Below, one piece after another: positions 29,892 to 38,860 of a stretch of 64,000 bases of DNA. Source of the stretch: an uncultured Pseudomonadota bacterium (GTDB lineage: Bacteria; Myxococcota_A; Polyangia; Fen-1088); the NCBI GenBank assembly GCA_963847705.1, contig CAWKBC010000029.1, forward strand, positions 1 to 64,000, in the 5' to 3' direction. Made by a program: the position numbers and the translations under genes. Under the pieces are notes generated by a model. It was given only the letters and a program-made list of their open reading frames with translations, did not search any database and had not been told where the DNA came from. Position 1 is the stretch's first letter. Each line of letters begins with the position of its first letter.

Positions 29892-31325
29892 TCACCTGGC
29901 GTGGTGGGCGATCCAGTCGCTCACCAGCGCGAGCACCGAAGGAGACATCGTCTCTTCGATCTCTCCGTACTCGGTCGGTGAACCGGTCTTGGCGGTCTGG
30001 AACAGGTGATTGAGGCCCGGCATCTCCTGCACGGTGACATCGTGGTCGTGCGCCAGCGCCTTCTTCATCTCGGGCAGGTTGGCGCTCGGCGGCACCTGCC
30101 AGTCGCGGGCGCCGTTGATCGCCAGCACCGGAACCTCGACGCGCGCGAGAAACGTCCGCGGGTCGAGCGGGAGAAAGGTTCGAAACCAAGGCGACAGCAC
30201 CTGCTTGACCTGCCTGTCGAACCCGCCCGCCTGCTCGAACTGCGCGCGGGTGGCGGCCGGCAACCCGTCGTAGAGCGCGCGCAGTCTCTGGGTGGCGACA
30301 GCGTCGTCCTTCTCGGCGTTGATGATGGCGAACGCCTTGTCCCAGTTCGCCTTGCTGTCGGCGATCTCCGCGGCGCTCATTCCCGAAGACTGTTCCAGCA
30401 AGCCGCGCTGCAGATCGAGAATCTGCTCACCCGGCAACGCGGTCCCCGCCAAGAGCACGATGAACGCCACGTCCTTTGATCTGGCGGCAGCGATCGTGGC
30501 GACGGTTCCCCCCTCCGAGTGCCCCAGCACACCGACGTGCGCCGGAACGATTTCGGGGCGCGCCCGGAGCGCGGCCACCTCCGCCAGGGTGTCATCGGCG
30601 AAATCGAAGGTCGTCGCCGTGCCGAACACGCCGGTCGACTTGAAGACGCCCCGGTCGTCACAGCGCAGAACGGCCACCCCCTGGCGGGTGATCGCATCCG
30701 ACAGAACCAGAAACGGGCGGTGTCCCATCAGCGCCTCGTCGCGATTCTGTGGCCCCGAGCCGGTCGCCAGCACGACGGCGCCAAACGGCCCCTTGGCCCG
30801 CGGCTCGGTCAGCGTGCAGGCGAGCGTCACGCCAGCAGCCGGGTTGGCGACGCTGACCTCGAGCTCGTCGTAGGGAAGCGGACGGCGGGGGGTCTGCGGC
30901 CGCAGCGTGACGACCGGCGGATGGGCGGTCTTCTCGAGATCCAGCGGCAGCGCCAGGCCGTGCTGAGTGAAGATGCCGATCAGTCTGTCACCGTCGAGCC
31001 GCGCCTCGTAGCTGCCGTTGATGGTCGACAGGAGCAACTTCACCTTGTCGCCCTCCACGGTCACGCTGTCGACCGGAATGTCGGCGACGTGCTGGTCGAT
31101 GCTGTCGGCGGTGGCGGACCAACCCCCGGACGCTCGCTTGATCTTGAGGAGAAGCCTCAGGTTGACGACGCCGGCGTGGAGCGTCCCCAGCCAGAGGCCG
31201 TCGAGCGCGGCGGCGGGAGCCGGGCCGGCGGGCGAGGTGGCGACGGCTGGCGGGGCGCTCGCCCGACATCCGAACAGGGCCGCACACCCCAACACCAAAA
31301 GCCCGACACCCAGCCGTTTCGCCAT
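29892..31325 (-). CDS. Alpha/beta hydrolase (S9/S15-like) lipoprotein
   Basis: Lipobox LFGC; GSGPQNRDE, DDRGV, GHSEGG nucleophile, G.RDWQV, NHLFQ. Confidence 0.9.
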   Translation of the reverse strand: MAKRLGVGLLVLGCAALFGCRASAPPAVATSPAGPAPAAALDGLWLGTLHAGVVNLRLLLKIKRASGGWSATADSIDQHVADIPVDSVTVEGDKVKLLLSTINGSYEARLDGDRLIGIFTQHGLALPLDLEKTAHPPVVTLRPQTPRRPLPYDELEVSVANPAAGVTLACTLTEPRAKGPFGAVVLATGSGPQNRDEALMGHRPFLVLSDAITRQGVAVLRCDDRGVFKSTGVFGTATTFDFADDTLAEVAALRARPEIVPAHVGVLGHSEGGTVATIAAARSKDVAFIVLLAGTALPGEQILDLQRGLLEQSSGMSAAEIADSKANWDKAFAIINAEKDDAVATQRLRALYDGLPAATRAQFEQAGGFDRQVKQVLSPWFRTFLPLDPRTFLARVEVPVLAINGARDWQVPPSANLPEMKKALAHDHDVTVQEMPGLNHLFQTAKTGSPTEYGEIEETMSPSVLALVSDWIAHHAR

Positions 31326-31437
31326 GGAAGTGTGCGAGAGCATAACGACGATTTCCACGGCGTTTCAAACAAGCTCGCCCAAGGTTGCCTCATGCGGCGC
31401 TTGCCACGGGTGATCTCGGTCGGGATAGACTGGGCGC

Positions 31438-31857
31438 ATGCCTGACACCGGCGGCAGCTTCGGGGGCAAGACGAAGTTCCAACCCGGCGGCACGCCCGGC
31501 GGCGGCGGGGCGTTCTTCGCCGGTCTGGTGATGATGGGCGTGGGGATCTACATGGTGTTCGACCGCGTCACGGTCCACACCTCGTTCTGGCGGTTCTTCG
31601 GCGGGGCGCAGACCAGCTTCGGCGTCACGCTGCTTCCCCTGCTGGCCGGTGTCGGATTTCTGGCGTTCAACGGCAAGTCGTTCCTCGGCTGGCTGCTCGC
31701 GGTCGGAGGCGTCGTCCTGATCCTGGCCGGCGTGCTCATGAACCTCGACATCTACTTTCAGCCCACCAGCCTGTTCGCGACGATCGTCATGTTTGGTCTC
31801 ATTGCCGGCGGATTGGGTCTGTTCGCCAAAGGACTCCGCGCCCACCCCAACTCCTAG
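31438..31857 (+). CDS. Conserved-looking 4-TM membrane protein
   Basis: GGTPGGGGAFFAG start and four hydrophobic helices; TAGACT 6 nt before ATG. Confidence 0.75.
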   Translation: MPDTGGSFGGKTKFQPGGTPGGGGAFFAGLVMMGVGIYMVFDRVTVHTSFWRFFGGAQTSFGVTLLPLLAGVGFLAFNGKSFLGWLLAVGGVVLILAGVLMNLDIYFQPTSLFATIVMFGLIAGGLGLFAKGLRAHPNS

Positions 31858-31875
31858 TTCGGGTATCATGGTCCT

Positions 31876-32727
31876 GTGGGGATGTTCGGGTCCTGGGGGT
31901 CGGAACCGACGGTCCGCCCGCTGCATCGCATGACCCCGCTCCGCGACGACCCCGCTTTGGCGTGGTTGTCGATCGGCGAAAAGATGCGCATCGATGCCCT
32001 CGGTTGGGTCCTGTGGACGGCCTTCGTTGTGATCGCCTTCGTGGTCCGGCAGATCGTTCACGTCGCGATCTTCACCCTGGTCACGCCGCTCTTCTCGGGC
32101 CGCATCTCGCTGGTCATCGTCGGCGGTCTGGCCGCGTTGATGGCCCCGGGGATCAGGCGCTCGATCCTGCGGGTCAAGAACGATCGCCTGGAGAGCCTCC
32201 TGCGGCGGCAGGCCAACGAGGTCGCGGCCGATGATTGGGCGGCCCTCGAGAGCGCGCCCAACGACACCGTGGTCTCGGCCGTCGGATGGGTGCGCGGGCG
32301 CCAGTACCTCGGCAAACCGATCGGCGGCGAGCCGGCCGTTGGCGTGGCGCTGCCCTGCCAGCATCAATTCCCCGGCGTCTTCGAATCGCTGCACGACTTC
32401 GAGCTCGTCGACGAAGAAGGTCGAGCGATCCTCATCCAGGCCTCCGAAGGGCGCATGTTCGGCAAACCCAACGTCGCCCTCGACAGCCATGAGCTCCGTC
32501 ATCTCTACGCAGACCTCGGCGTCCCCTCCGGCGCAACCAACTCCGGCTGGCACATCCACAGCCTGCGCAGCGGCGATCCGGTGATGGTCGTGGGGTACAA
32601 ACAGACGGTGCTCGATCCCAGCGAGCCGAGCTTCCGCGGTCCCCAAGGCCGTCTGGCCCTCGCGTCATCGCCCCCCTGCCCCCTGATGATCTTCTCCCTG
32701 GCGGCCCAGCGCCGGCCGGCGACCTAG
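31876..32727 (+). CDS. Hypothetical membrane protein with GIDE-like soluble domain
   Basis: Two TM helices, then DFELVDEEGRAILI..LRSGDPVMVVGY; TATCAT 6 nt before GTG. Confidence 0.6.
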   Translation: MGMFGSWGSEPTVRPLHRMTPLRDDPALAWLSIGEKMRIDALGWVLWTAFVVIAFVVRQIVHVAIFTLVTPLFSGRISLVIVGGLAALMAPGIRRSILRVKNDRLESLLRRQANEVAADDWAALESAPNDTVVSAVGWVRGRQYLGKPIGGEPAVGVALPCQHQFPGVFESLHDFELVDEEGRAILIQASEGRMFGKPNVALDSHELRHLYADLGVPSGATNSGWHIHSLRSGDPVMVVGYKQTVLDPSEPSFRGPQGRLALASSPPCPLMIFSLAAQRRPAT

Positions 32728-32849
32728 CCAGCGCGCGACCGGCAGAGGCGCTCGGTCATCCTCGGCGGAGCCGACGTCGTTGGCGGTGACGTCGACGGGC
32801 GCGCCCCTCGGCAGCGGACGCGGGTCGCCCTGGTTGGTCTCCCTGGTCG

Positions 32850-33035
32850 CTCCTTCGGGCCAACATCTCGCAGATGGTGAAGGACGCCAAGGCCAAGGCG
32901 CCACGCCGGCAGCAGTATCAGGCGCTTGGCACCGAGATGACGCACACCCACGCCGCCGGCGCCGCGAAGATCGCCGGCTTCGTCGAGAGCGCGCTCGAGT
33001 GGCAGAACATCGGCCTCGCCAGGTTCCTGCGATAG
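32850..33035 (+). pseudogene. Relic of SGNH/rhamnogalacturonan acetylesterase-like gene
   Basis: Frame reads LLRANISQMVKDAKAKAP..QQYQALGTEMTHTHAAGAAKIAGFVESALEWQNIGLARFLR*, resembling the block III-V and C-terminal parts with an internal deletion. Confidence 0.4.
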
Positions 33036-33060
33036 GCGCCGGCCGCGACGACGCCGTCGC

Positions 33061-33909
33061 TCAACGAACGTGCGTTCGTTCCAGCTTCTTGAGCCGCTCG
33101 AGCAGCTCGGCGTTCATCTCGTCGACCTTCTCGTGCAGGTGCGCGATCTCCAGCTCCGCCTTCAGGTTGACCTGGTACTCGATGTCGTTGCGGGTGCGAT
33201 CGCGGGCGACCTGGCGGTTCTGGCTGAGCAGCACGAACACCGACAGGATGATCGCCTCCAGTGATACGCACATGGTGAGAAAGCCGTAGGGAAAGGGATC
33301 CCAGCCGCCCAGGACGGTGCGCGCCAGCGGGCCGGTGTTGAGGACGATCCAGAGCGCGAACAGGATGCAGTGGATGAAGAGGAACGGGAGGCTGCCGCTG
33401 AACTCCGAGATCCAGTCGGCCATCTTCATGACCGTCGTGCGCGTGTCCTCGACCTCTTCGTTGATGTCGCGCGAGGCGGCGTGGCGGAGCTGGCGCGACG
33501 CCTCCCGCAGCCGCTTGCCGGTCGCGGTGAGGAGATCCATCGCCGCGGCCGGGTGCTGCTTGAGCAGCGCCTCGATGTCCTCCCGATCGACCACCACCCC
33601 TTGCAGATCCTGGGTCACCAGGGCCGAGGCCGTGCGCGGGCCCGCGTCGATGAGCGACAGCTCCCCGAAGAAATCGCCCGCCCCCGCCCGCTCCAGCACG
33701 ATGCGCTGGCCGGTGTCGTTCTTGAAGAAGATCTCCACCTCCCCTTCGCGGACGATGTAGAGCGAGTCGCCCGGATCGCCGTAGCTGAAGAGGATCTTGC
33801 CCGCCGGCGCGCTGATCGCCTCCACCTTGGCCGCCAGCGCCGCCCGCTCGTCGGCGTCGAGCAACTGGAACAGCGGAACCTCCGCCAGGATTTCGGGATC
33901 GGCGCTCAT
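33061..33909 (-). CDS. Cyclic-nucleotide-binding + DUF1003 membrane protein
   Basis: GDPGDSLYIVREGEVEI, GDFFGELSL..PRTASA; DWISEFSGS, DPFPYGFL..VSLEAI, SQNRQ. Confidence 0.9.
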   Translation of the reverse strand: MSADPEILAEVPLFQLLDADERAALAAKVEAISAPAGKILFSYGDPGDSLYIVREGEVEIFFKNDTGQRIVLERAGAGDFFGELSLIDAGPRTASALVTQDLQGVVVDREDIEALLKQHPAAAMDLLTATGKRLREASRQLRHAASRDINEEVEDTRTTVMKMADWISEFSGSLPFLFIHCILFALWIVLNTGPLARTVLGGWDPFPYGFLTMCVSLEAIILSVFVLLSQNRQVARDRTRNDIEYQVNLKAELEIAHLHEKVDEMNAELLERLKKLERTHVR

Positions 33910-34018
33910 GGGTGGCTCGCTGAAGGGCGCCGCGCAATATCGCATGGGGACCGGCCCACGCAAGGCGCCCACTTCTTCGGCGTCCTCTGACGCCAAGCGG
34001 AGTGTCAGCCGGTCGCGC

Positions 34019-34279
34019 TCAGCCGAGCGCGCCGAGCTCGCGGCGCTCGGTGGCGGCCAGACAGGCCGGGCAGTTGGCCGCCAGGCGCCAGGACTCGGGA
34101 TCGAGCGCCACCGGCACCTCGAACTCGAACACGCCCCCGCGTCCCGCTTCGCCGATGCGGACGCCGCACAGCGCCCTCCACTGCGGACCCTCCTCCGACG
34201 TGAGCCACTCGGGGACCCGCTCGACGCGGTGAACCGTGCTCTCACTGTAGACGGGAGCGGTGATCTCGCGGAAGCCCAT
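34019..34279 (-). CDS. Small hypothetical protein with Cys/His (possible Zn-binding)
   Basis: STVHRV..ALCG..CPAC; TAACCT 7 nt before ATG. Confidence 0.55.
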   Translation of the reverse strand: MGFREITAPVYSESTVHRVERVPEWLTSEEGPQWRALCGVRIGEAGRGGVFEFEVPVALDPESWRLAANCPACLAATERRELGALG

Positions 34280-34448
34280 CGTGATCAGGTTATTCACGCT
34301 GGCGCGGGTTGGCGCAAGGCTGGAGCACGAATTGTTGCCAACTTTGCCTGGTGGCGCCGCTTTTCCCGTCCTTTCCCTACCTCCAACCTACCTTGCTGGC
34401 CACATGAGCGTCGGCGCGGAGGACCTGTCCGTGGTAGTCTCCCGCGCA

Positions 34449-34640
34449 ATGGCGACGGGTGATGAAAAGCGGGCGGCGATTGTCGCCCGGCAGGCCGAAC
34501 GCGAGGAAGCCGAGCGCAAGTTGAAGGGTCCCTCGACCTCACCGGCTGCGCGACCACGCAAGCCACGAACCAACTGGGCCGCGACCCGTCCGATTCACGG
34601 CAACCCCCGCGGCCGCGCTCCCAACAAGCCCGAAGAATAG
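34449..34640 (+). CDS. Small basic hypothetical protein
   Basis: MATGDEKRAAIVARQAEREEAERK..; TG-TAGTCT box 8 nt before ATG. Confidence 0.45.
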   Translation: MATGDEKRAAIVARQAEREEAERKLKGPSTSPAARPRKPRTNWAATRPIHGNPRGRAPNKPEE

Positions 34641-34698
34641 ATTCCGCCGCGGCGCCATCCGACTGACGCCACGAGCTGGCGTCCCACCGCGCTCCACC

Positions 34699-35484
34699 AT
34701 GCAATTCCGCCCGGCAACGCTCGACGAGCTGACCATCGACGATCGTGCCCCGGCCGTGGGGGTGGCGATCTATCAGCGGCTGGAGGCGTTCTTGCGAGGC
34801 TCGGGGCACCGCTTTTTGATCCCGGAGGCGGGCCAGCAAGCCAGCTGGGATCGGGCGCTGTTCTTGAACCTCACCTACTGGAACGCAGAAGCCGGGGCCG
34901 ACGTGCTCTGCGACGACCACATCCCCGCCGACGTCGTCGCGCATGTCGCCTGGCACGAGCTGGCCACGCGGCGGATTGCCCCCCCGCCGGGCTCCCCGCG
35001 ACGGTCGCCCAGCAGCGACGGGCTCTTCTTCGCGGAATCGATCGCCAGCGCGTTCGACCTCTATCTGGTCGGCCGCCTCCTGCCGCGCGCCGCTGACTCC
35101 GACTTCCTCGCCACGCAGGTGCCGCTGATGGCGGAGTGCGCCGACAGCGCGGGGCTCCCCGAGGCTGGCTTCTCCGCGCTGCTCGAGGAGGTCACGCGGG
35201 CTCCCGAGCGTGCTTTCGAGGATCTTCGCGCGCTGCTGTTCGACGCGGCCTGCGCGCTGGTCGCCTGTGAGACGGCCACCGCCGCCCAGGCGGCGCTGGA
35301 GGGGCTGGCCGGCCACCGGTTCGCGCCGCTGCTGCACCACTACCAGCTCTCGAACTGGATCCTCTATGCGCGCGCCTATGCGGCCCCCTCGTCCGAGCCG
35401 GACGAGGGGGTGCGCAGGCTCGATCGAACGTTGAGGGAGGCCCCGGTCTCGCTCGACTGGCTCGACCAGAACTGGCTCGGTTAA
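34699..35484 (+). CDS. Hypothetical helical protein
   Basis: GC3-rich ORF; ALFLNLTYW, HVAWHELA, FAESIASAFDLYL, LHHYQLSNWILY. Confidence 0.75.
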   Translation: MQFRPATLDELTIDDRAPAVGVAIYQRLEAFLRGSGHRFLIPEAGQQASWDRALFLNLTYWNAEAGADVLCDDHIPADVVAHVAWHELATRRIAPPPGSPRRSPSSDGLFFAESIASAFDLYLVGRLLPRAADSDFLATQVPLMAECADSAGLPEAGFSALLEEVTRAPERAFEDLRALLFDAACALVACETATAAQAALEGLAGHRFAPLLHHYQLSNWILYARAYAAPSSEPDEGVRRLDRTLREAPVSLDWLDQNWLG

Positions 35485-35487
35485 GGA

Positions 35488-36273
35488 GTGAAGATGACGT
35501 CCTCTTGGCAGACCCTCGATCGCGCGCTCACCAGTGACGGCAGTGAGCTGACGCTCTGCTGGTTCGAGGATCACTTCTCCGAGCGGTTCGCCCTGCGCGT
35601 CGACGGCCAGGAGCTGATGCACAGCAACAGCCACGGCTCCGAGGAGAAGCTGGCGGTCCACGGCTGTGCCGGGCTGGCCACGCGCCCGCAGGCGCGGGTC
35701 CTGGTCGGCGGGCTGGGCATGGGCTTCACCGCCCGCGCCGCGCTCGACCGCGTGGCCTCCGACGCCGAGGTGGTGGTGGTGGAGGCGGTCGGCCAGGTGA
35801 TCGTCTGGAACCGCGACCCAGGCCTCCTCGGGCAGCTGGCCGGGATGCCGCTCGGCGATCCGCGCCTGACCGTCGTCGAAGGGGACGTGGGCGACGTGAT
35901 CGAACGGGCGGCCGCGGCGACGACCGAGACGGCGCGATTCGACTCCATCCTGCTCGACGTCGACAACGGTCCGACGGCGCTGTCGACCTTCACGAACCGG
36001 CGGCTCTACACCGTCGCCGGCCTGACGAGCGCGCGCCAGGCGCTGCGCAGCGACGGCGTGCTGGCGGTCTGGTCGACGTTCGCCGACGCCAGGTTCACCG
36101 CGCGCCTGCGCGAGGCGGGCTTCACCGCGCGCACCATGCGCGTGCTGGCCGGCGACGGCACCGACCGGCGCCACATCTTGTGGCTGGCCCGGCCGGCGGG
36201 CGCCGCTCAGTCGGGCTTGGGCCGCGATGTCTCCAGGCGGAAGAGATATCGAACGCCCGCCACCATCGTGTAG
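35488..36273 (+). CDS. Spermidine-synthase-like SAM-dependent methyltransferase
   Basis: ELMHS..GSEEKLA, VLVGGLGMGFT, FDSILLDVDNGP, GVLAVWS; AAGGAG RBS. Confidence 0.88.
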   Translation: MKMTSSWQTLDRALTSDGSELTLCWFEDHFSERFALRVDGQELMHSNSHGSEEKLAVHGCAGLATRPQARVLVGGLGMGFTARAALDRVASDAEVVVVEAVGQVIVWNRDPGLLGQLAGMPLGDPRLTVVEGDVGDVIERAAAATTETARFDSILLDVDNGPTALSTFTNRRLYTVAGLTSARQALRSDGVLAVWSTFADARFTARLREAGFTARTMRVLAGDGTDRRHILWLARPAGAAQSGLGRDVSRRKRYRTPATIV

Positions 36274-37112
36274 TCGACCAGGCGCGGTCCGAGCAGCTGC
36301 GTGCCGGCCCTGGCAAACAGGCCCACCCGACCGATCACCAGGCTCCCGACCTCGGCGAGGCCATAGAAACGCGCGCCGCTGTTGCTCCTGAAATCGACGG
36401 TGGTGTTCAGGTCGAGCTTGAGCCAGTTGTATTGCTTGCCGAACAGGATGCTGCCGAAGTCGGTGGCCAGCTGGTTGATGTTGGGCCGGCCGGCGTCGCC
36501 AGCGACGGAGAACTGGTCCTGCGCGACACCGTACGCGAGCCACCAGCGATAGGGCTTGAAGGCTGCCCCCACGCCGAGCTCCAGCTGCTGCTTGCCGGCC
36601 CCCAGCGTCGGCTGGGTGGCGGTGTTCAGGATGGTGCCGGCAAGCAGCGCCCCCACCGCCCGGGCGTTGGACGCGACGATGCCGATCAGGCCGACCTGGA
36701 GATCCCCGATGCCCGAGACCTGGCCGGCGGGTGTCTCCATCAGCCGCGCCGGAACCTGGTAACGCAGCAGCAGCCGGCGGAGAAACTGGATGTCGATCTC
36801 GGCCGTGGTGTCGTGAATCGACACCCCACCCTCGAGCTTGGTGAAGGTCTGCCGCAGCTCGAGCCGGGGGATCAGCTCGACCGGGCTGACGCCGGCTCCC
36901 CCTTCCGGCTCCTCCGCGATGTCGGCCTCTTCGGCCGGGCCGCCCGCGGGGACCTCCGACGGTTGCGGGATGTGTGCTGGCCCCAGCGTCGGCGTCGGGG
37001 CCTGGCCTGGCTCGACCACGAGCAGGGCGGCGCCGAGAAGGGTCGCGAGGAGCAGCACGGCGGTGGCTCCATCGTGAGGCGTCTCGCCGATGGGGGAAGC
37101 GGGGGCGCCCAC
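36207..37112 (-). CDS. Putative outer-membrane beta-barrel/transporter-like protein (start may be GTG 37058)
   Basis: Hydrophobic N-terminus; SGIGDL, NTATQPTLGAGK; amphipathic strands ending GVRYLF. Confidence 0.6.
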   Translation of the reverse strand: MGAPASPIGETPHDGATAVLLLATLLGAALLVVEPGQAPTPTLGPAHIPQPSEVPAGGPAEEADIAEEPEGGAGVSPVELIPRLELRQTFTKLEGGVSIHDTTAEIDIQFLRRLLLRYQVPARLMETPAGQVSGIGDLQVGLIGIVASNARAVGALLAGTILNTATQPTLGAGKQQLELGVGAAFKPYRWWLAYGVAQDQFSVAGDAGRPNINQLATDFGSILFGKQYNWLKLDLNTTVDFRSNSGARFYGLAEVGSLVIGRVGLFARAGTQLLGPRLVDYTMVAGVRYLFRLETSRPKPD

Positions 37113-37120
37113 TTGCGGGA

Positions 37121-37260
37121 GGTGCCGTACGAACGTCGCGAGGCCGGTGGCACCCCTCGTCCACGAGGGTAACCGGACGAACGTCCCGAGGCCAGTGGCA
37201 CCCCTCGTCGACGAGGGTGCCGGACGAACGTCGCGAGGCTAGTGGCACCCCTCGTCGACG
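37121..37260. repeat. Three tandem 45-48 bp units, each with a palindromic core
   Basis: Units 37121-37167, 37168-37215 and 37216-37260; consensus GGTGCCGGACGAACGTCGCGAGGCCAGTGGCACCCCTCGTCGACGAG; perfect palindrome CCCTCGTCGACGAGGG at the unit 2/3 junction. Confidence 0.9.
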
Positions 37261-38735
37261 GTCCCGTTGCAGTTGTCATCGATCCCGTTGCCGCAGATCT
37301 CGGTCGCCCCCGGGTGCACGGCCGCGTTGTCGTCGTTGCAGTCTTCGCACCAGCGGTAGCCGTCACCGTCCTGGTCGGCGCCCGTGCCGTTCCGCTCGCA
37401 GTCCACGAAGGTCTGGAGAAACTGGGCCCGCTCCGCCACGACGTCGTGCGCGGTGGTCACCGCCATCTGGAACTGCGCCGGCGACGCCCAGGTGTGCGGA
37501 TCGGCCGCCACGTCGGCCGCGATCTGCTGCGACCAGGTGTCGATCCATCCCTGAATCTGCGGGACGTTCCACTTGCCGAGCTGGGTGGCGATGGCGTCGA
37601 CGTACTTGCTCCGCCAGGTCGGATCGTTCATCACCGCCAGCCAGGCCACGCCGGGAGCCGGCGCCGGCGCGGCGCGGCCCACCCACCAGTAGATCGGGTG
37701 GTCGTCGAACGGGGTGAGGTCGAACAGGCTCAGCCAGTCGAACGTCGAGTCGGTGTCGTTCGGCAGGTAGACGAAGCCCTGCGCCCCCTGGTCGTAGATG
37801 TAGAGGTTGTGCGTTCCGCCGTAGGTCCCGTCGGCGTTGTTGAGCAGCGCCTCGCTGGCCCACTCGACGACCGACGACTGCAGATCGACGATCGCCGAGA
37901 GGCTGGCGAGGTCGGTCGCCTGCGCGAAGGCCATCTTCCGGCTCTGGTTGGCCGCCTGCAACGTGAGGCCGGTCTCCGGTTGGATGGCCCCCTTCCAGAG
38001 CCCGCCGCTCGGGTTGCTGGGGAAGAACTCGGCGATGACGCGCTTGTTGGTGTTCTCCTCGGCCACGAACATCCCGTAGTAGGCGCCGTTGATCTCCACC
38101 CGGGCGTTGGCCGCGCAGCCGGCGGCGATCCCCACCTGCCGCAGCCAGGTGTGCGCCAGCCGATCATGCATGAAGGTCCAGTCGCTGCGGGGCATGTCGA
38201 ACACCAGCTTCTCGATCCCGTGGAATTTTCCGTTGGGGTCGCTCTCGTGAAACGAGATGTCGAACTGAATCTTGGCGCGGGTGCCGTCCAGCGTCGCCGC
38301 CTGCGCCCACGACGACTGGCCGTGCAGCTTCAGCGTCGCGTCGCTGACCGTCTCGCTCCCCATGTGGAACACGACCGGATGACGGACCACGAAGTCGTTC
38401 CCCGAGGCCGTCAGGGTCGCCACCTGGTTGAACTCGTTCATCACGCTGGCCCATTCGCTCGGATCGATGTCGATGGAGTAGGTCCGGACCATGTTCGGAT
38501 CGAAGAGGTCCGCACAGGCCGGCCCGCCTCCCACCGGCGCCGATGCATCGACGAACGTTCCGCCCGTGGCGCCCGACGCGCCGGAGGTCCCCCCGCCGGC
38601 GCCGCTGGCGCCGCCGCCACCACCGCCCGTTGACGGCGTGCCGCCGGCGCTGCCTCCCCCTTTCGAGCCGCACCCCGCAAGCGTCCCCACCGCCACCACC
38701 ACCACCACCGACCACCAACGCCAGCCCATGCCCAC
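37239..38735 (-). CDS. CotH kinase family lipoprotein with C-terminal MopE-related metal-binding repeat
   Basis: Lipobox LAGC; KLHGQSS, KIQFDI, ARVEINGAYYGMF..EE, N.DG..HNLYIY, P.DTDSTF; DQDGDGY..DCNDDNAAVHPGATEICGNGIDDNCNGTVDEG. Confidence 0.85.
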   Translation of the reverse strand: MGMGWRWWSVVVVVAVGTLAGCGSKGGGSAGGTPSTGGGGGGASGAGGGTSGASGATGGTFVDASAPVGGGPACADLFDPNMVRTYSIDIDPSEWASVMNEFNQVATLTASGNDFVVRHPVVFHMGSETVSDATLKLHGQSSWAQAATLDGTRAKIQFDISFHESDPNGKFHGIEKLVFDMPRSDWTFMHDRLAHTWLRQVGIAAGCAANARVEINGAYYGMFVAEENTNKRVIAEFFPSNPSGGLWKGAIQPETGLTLQAANQSRKMAFAQATDLASLSAIVDLQSSVVEWASEALLNNADGTYGGTHNLYIYDQGAQGFVYLPNDTDSTFDWLSLFDLTPFDDHPIYWWVGRAAPAPAPGVAWLAVMNDPTWRSKYVDAIATQLGKWNVPQIQGWIDTWSQQIAADVAADPHTWASPAQFQMAVTTAHDVVAERAQFLQTFVDCERNGTGADQDGDGYRWCEDCNDDNAAVHPGATEICGNGIDDNCNGTVDEGCH

Positions 38736-38860
38736 CTCGTGGGGACCAACAGCAAGCGGGATGCCCGCCGGAGGGGCGACGAATCGCCGCCGGCGTTACC
38801 GCCCGGGAACGAACGCCGCGCTTCGCCCACCATGTGACAATATCGACGCCTCGGTCGGCG

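Noticed and set aside
30743-30749. Fifth GATTCTG occurrence
   Set aside because: Lies in frame in the minus-strand hydrolase (GSGPQNRDE); removing a T would break the gene, so it is genuine sequence
37121-37260. Possible mini CRISPR array
   Set aside because: Units repeat over their whole length with no unique spacers, and there are no cas genes in the window
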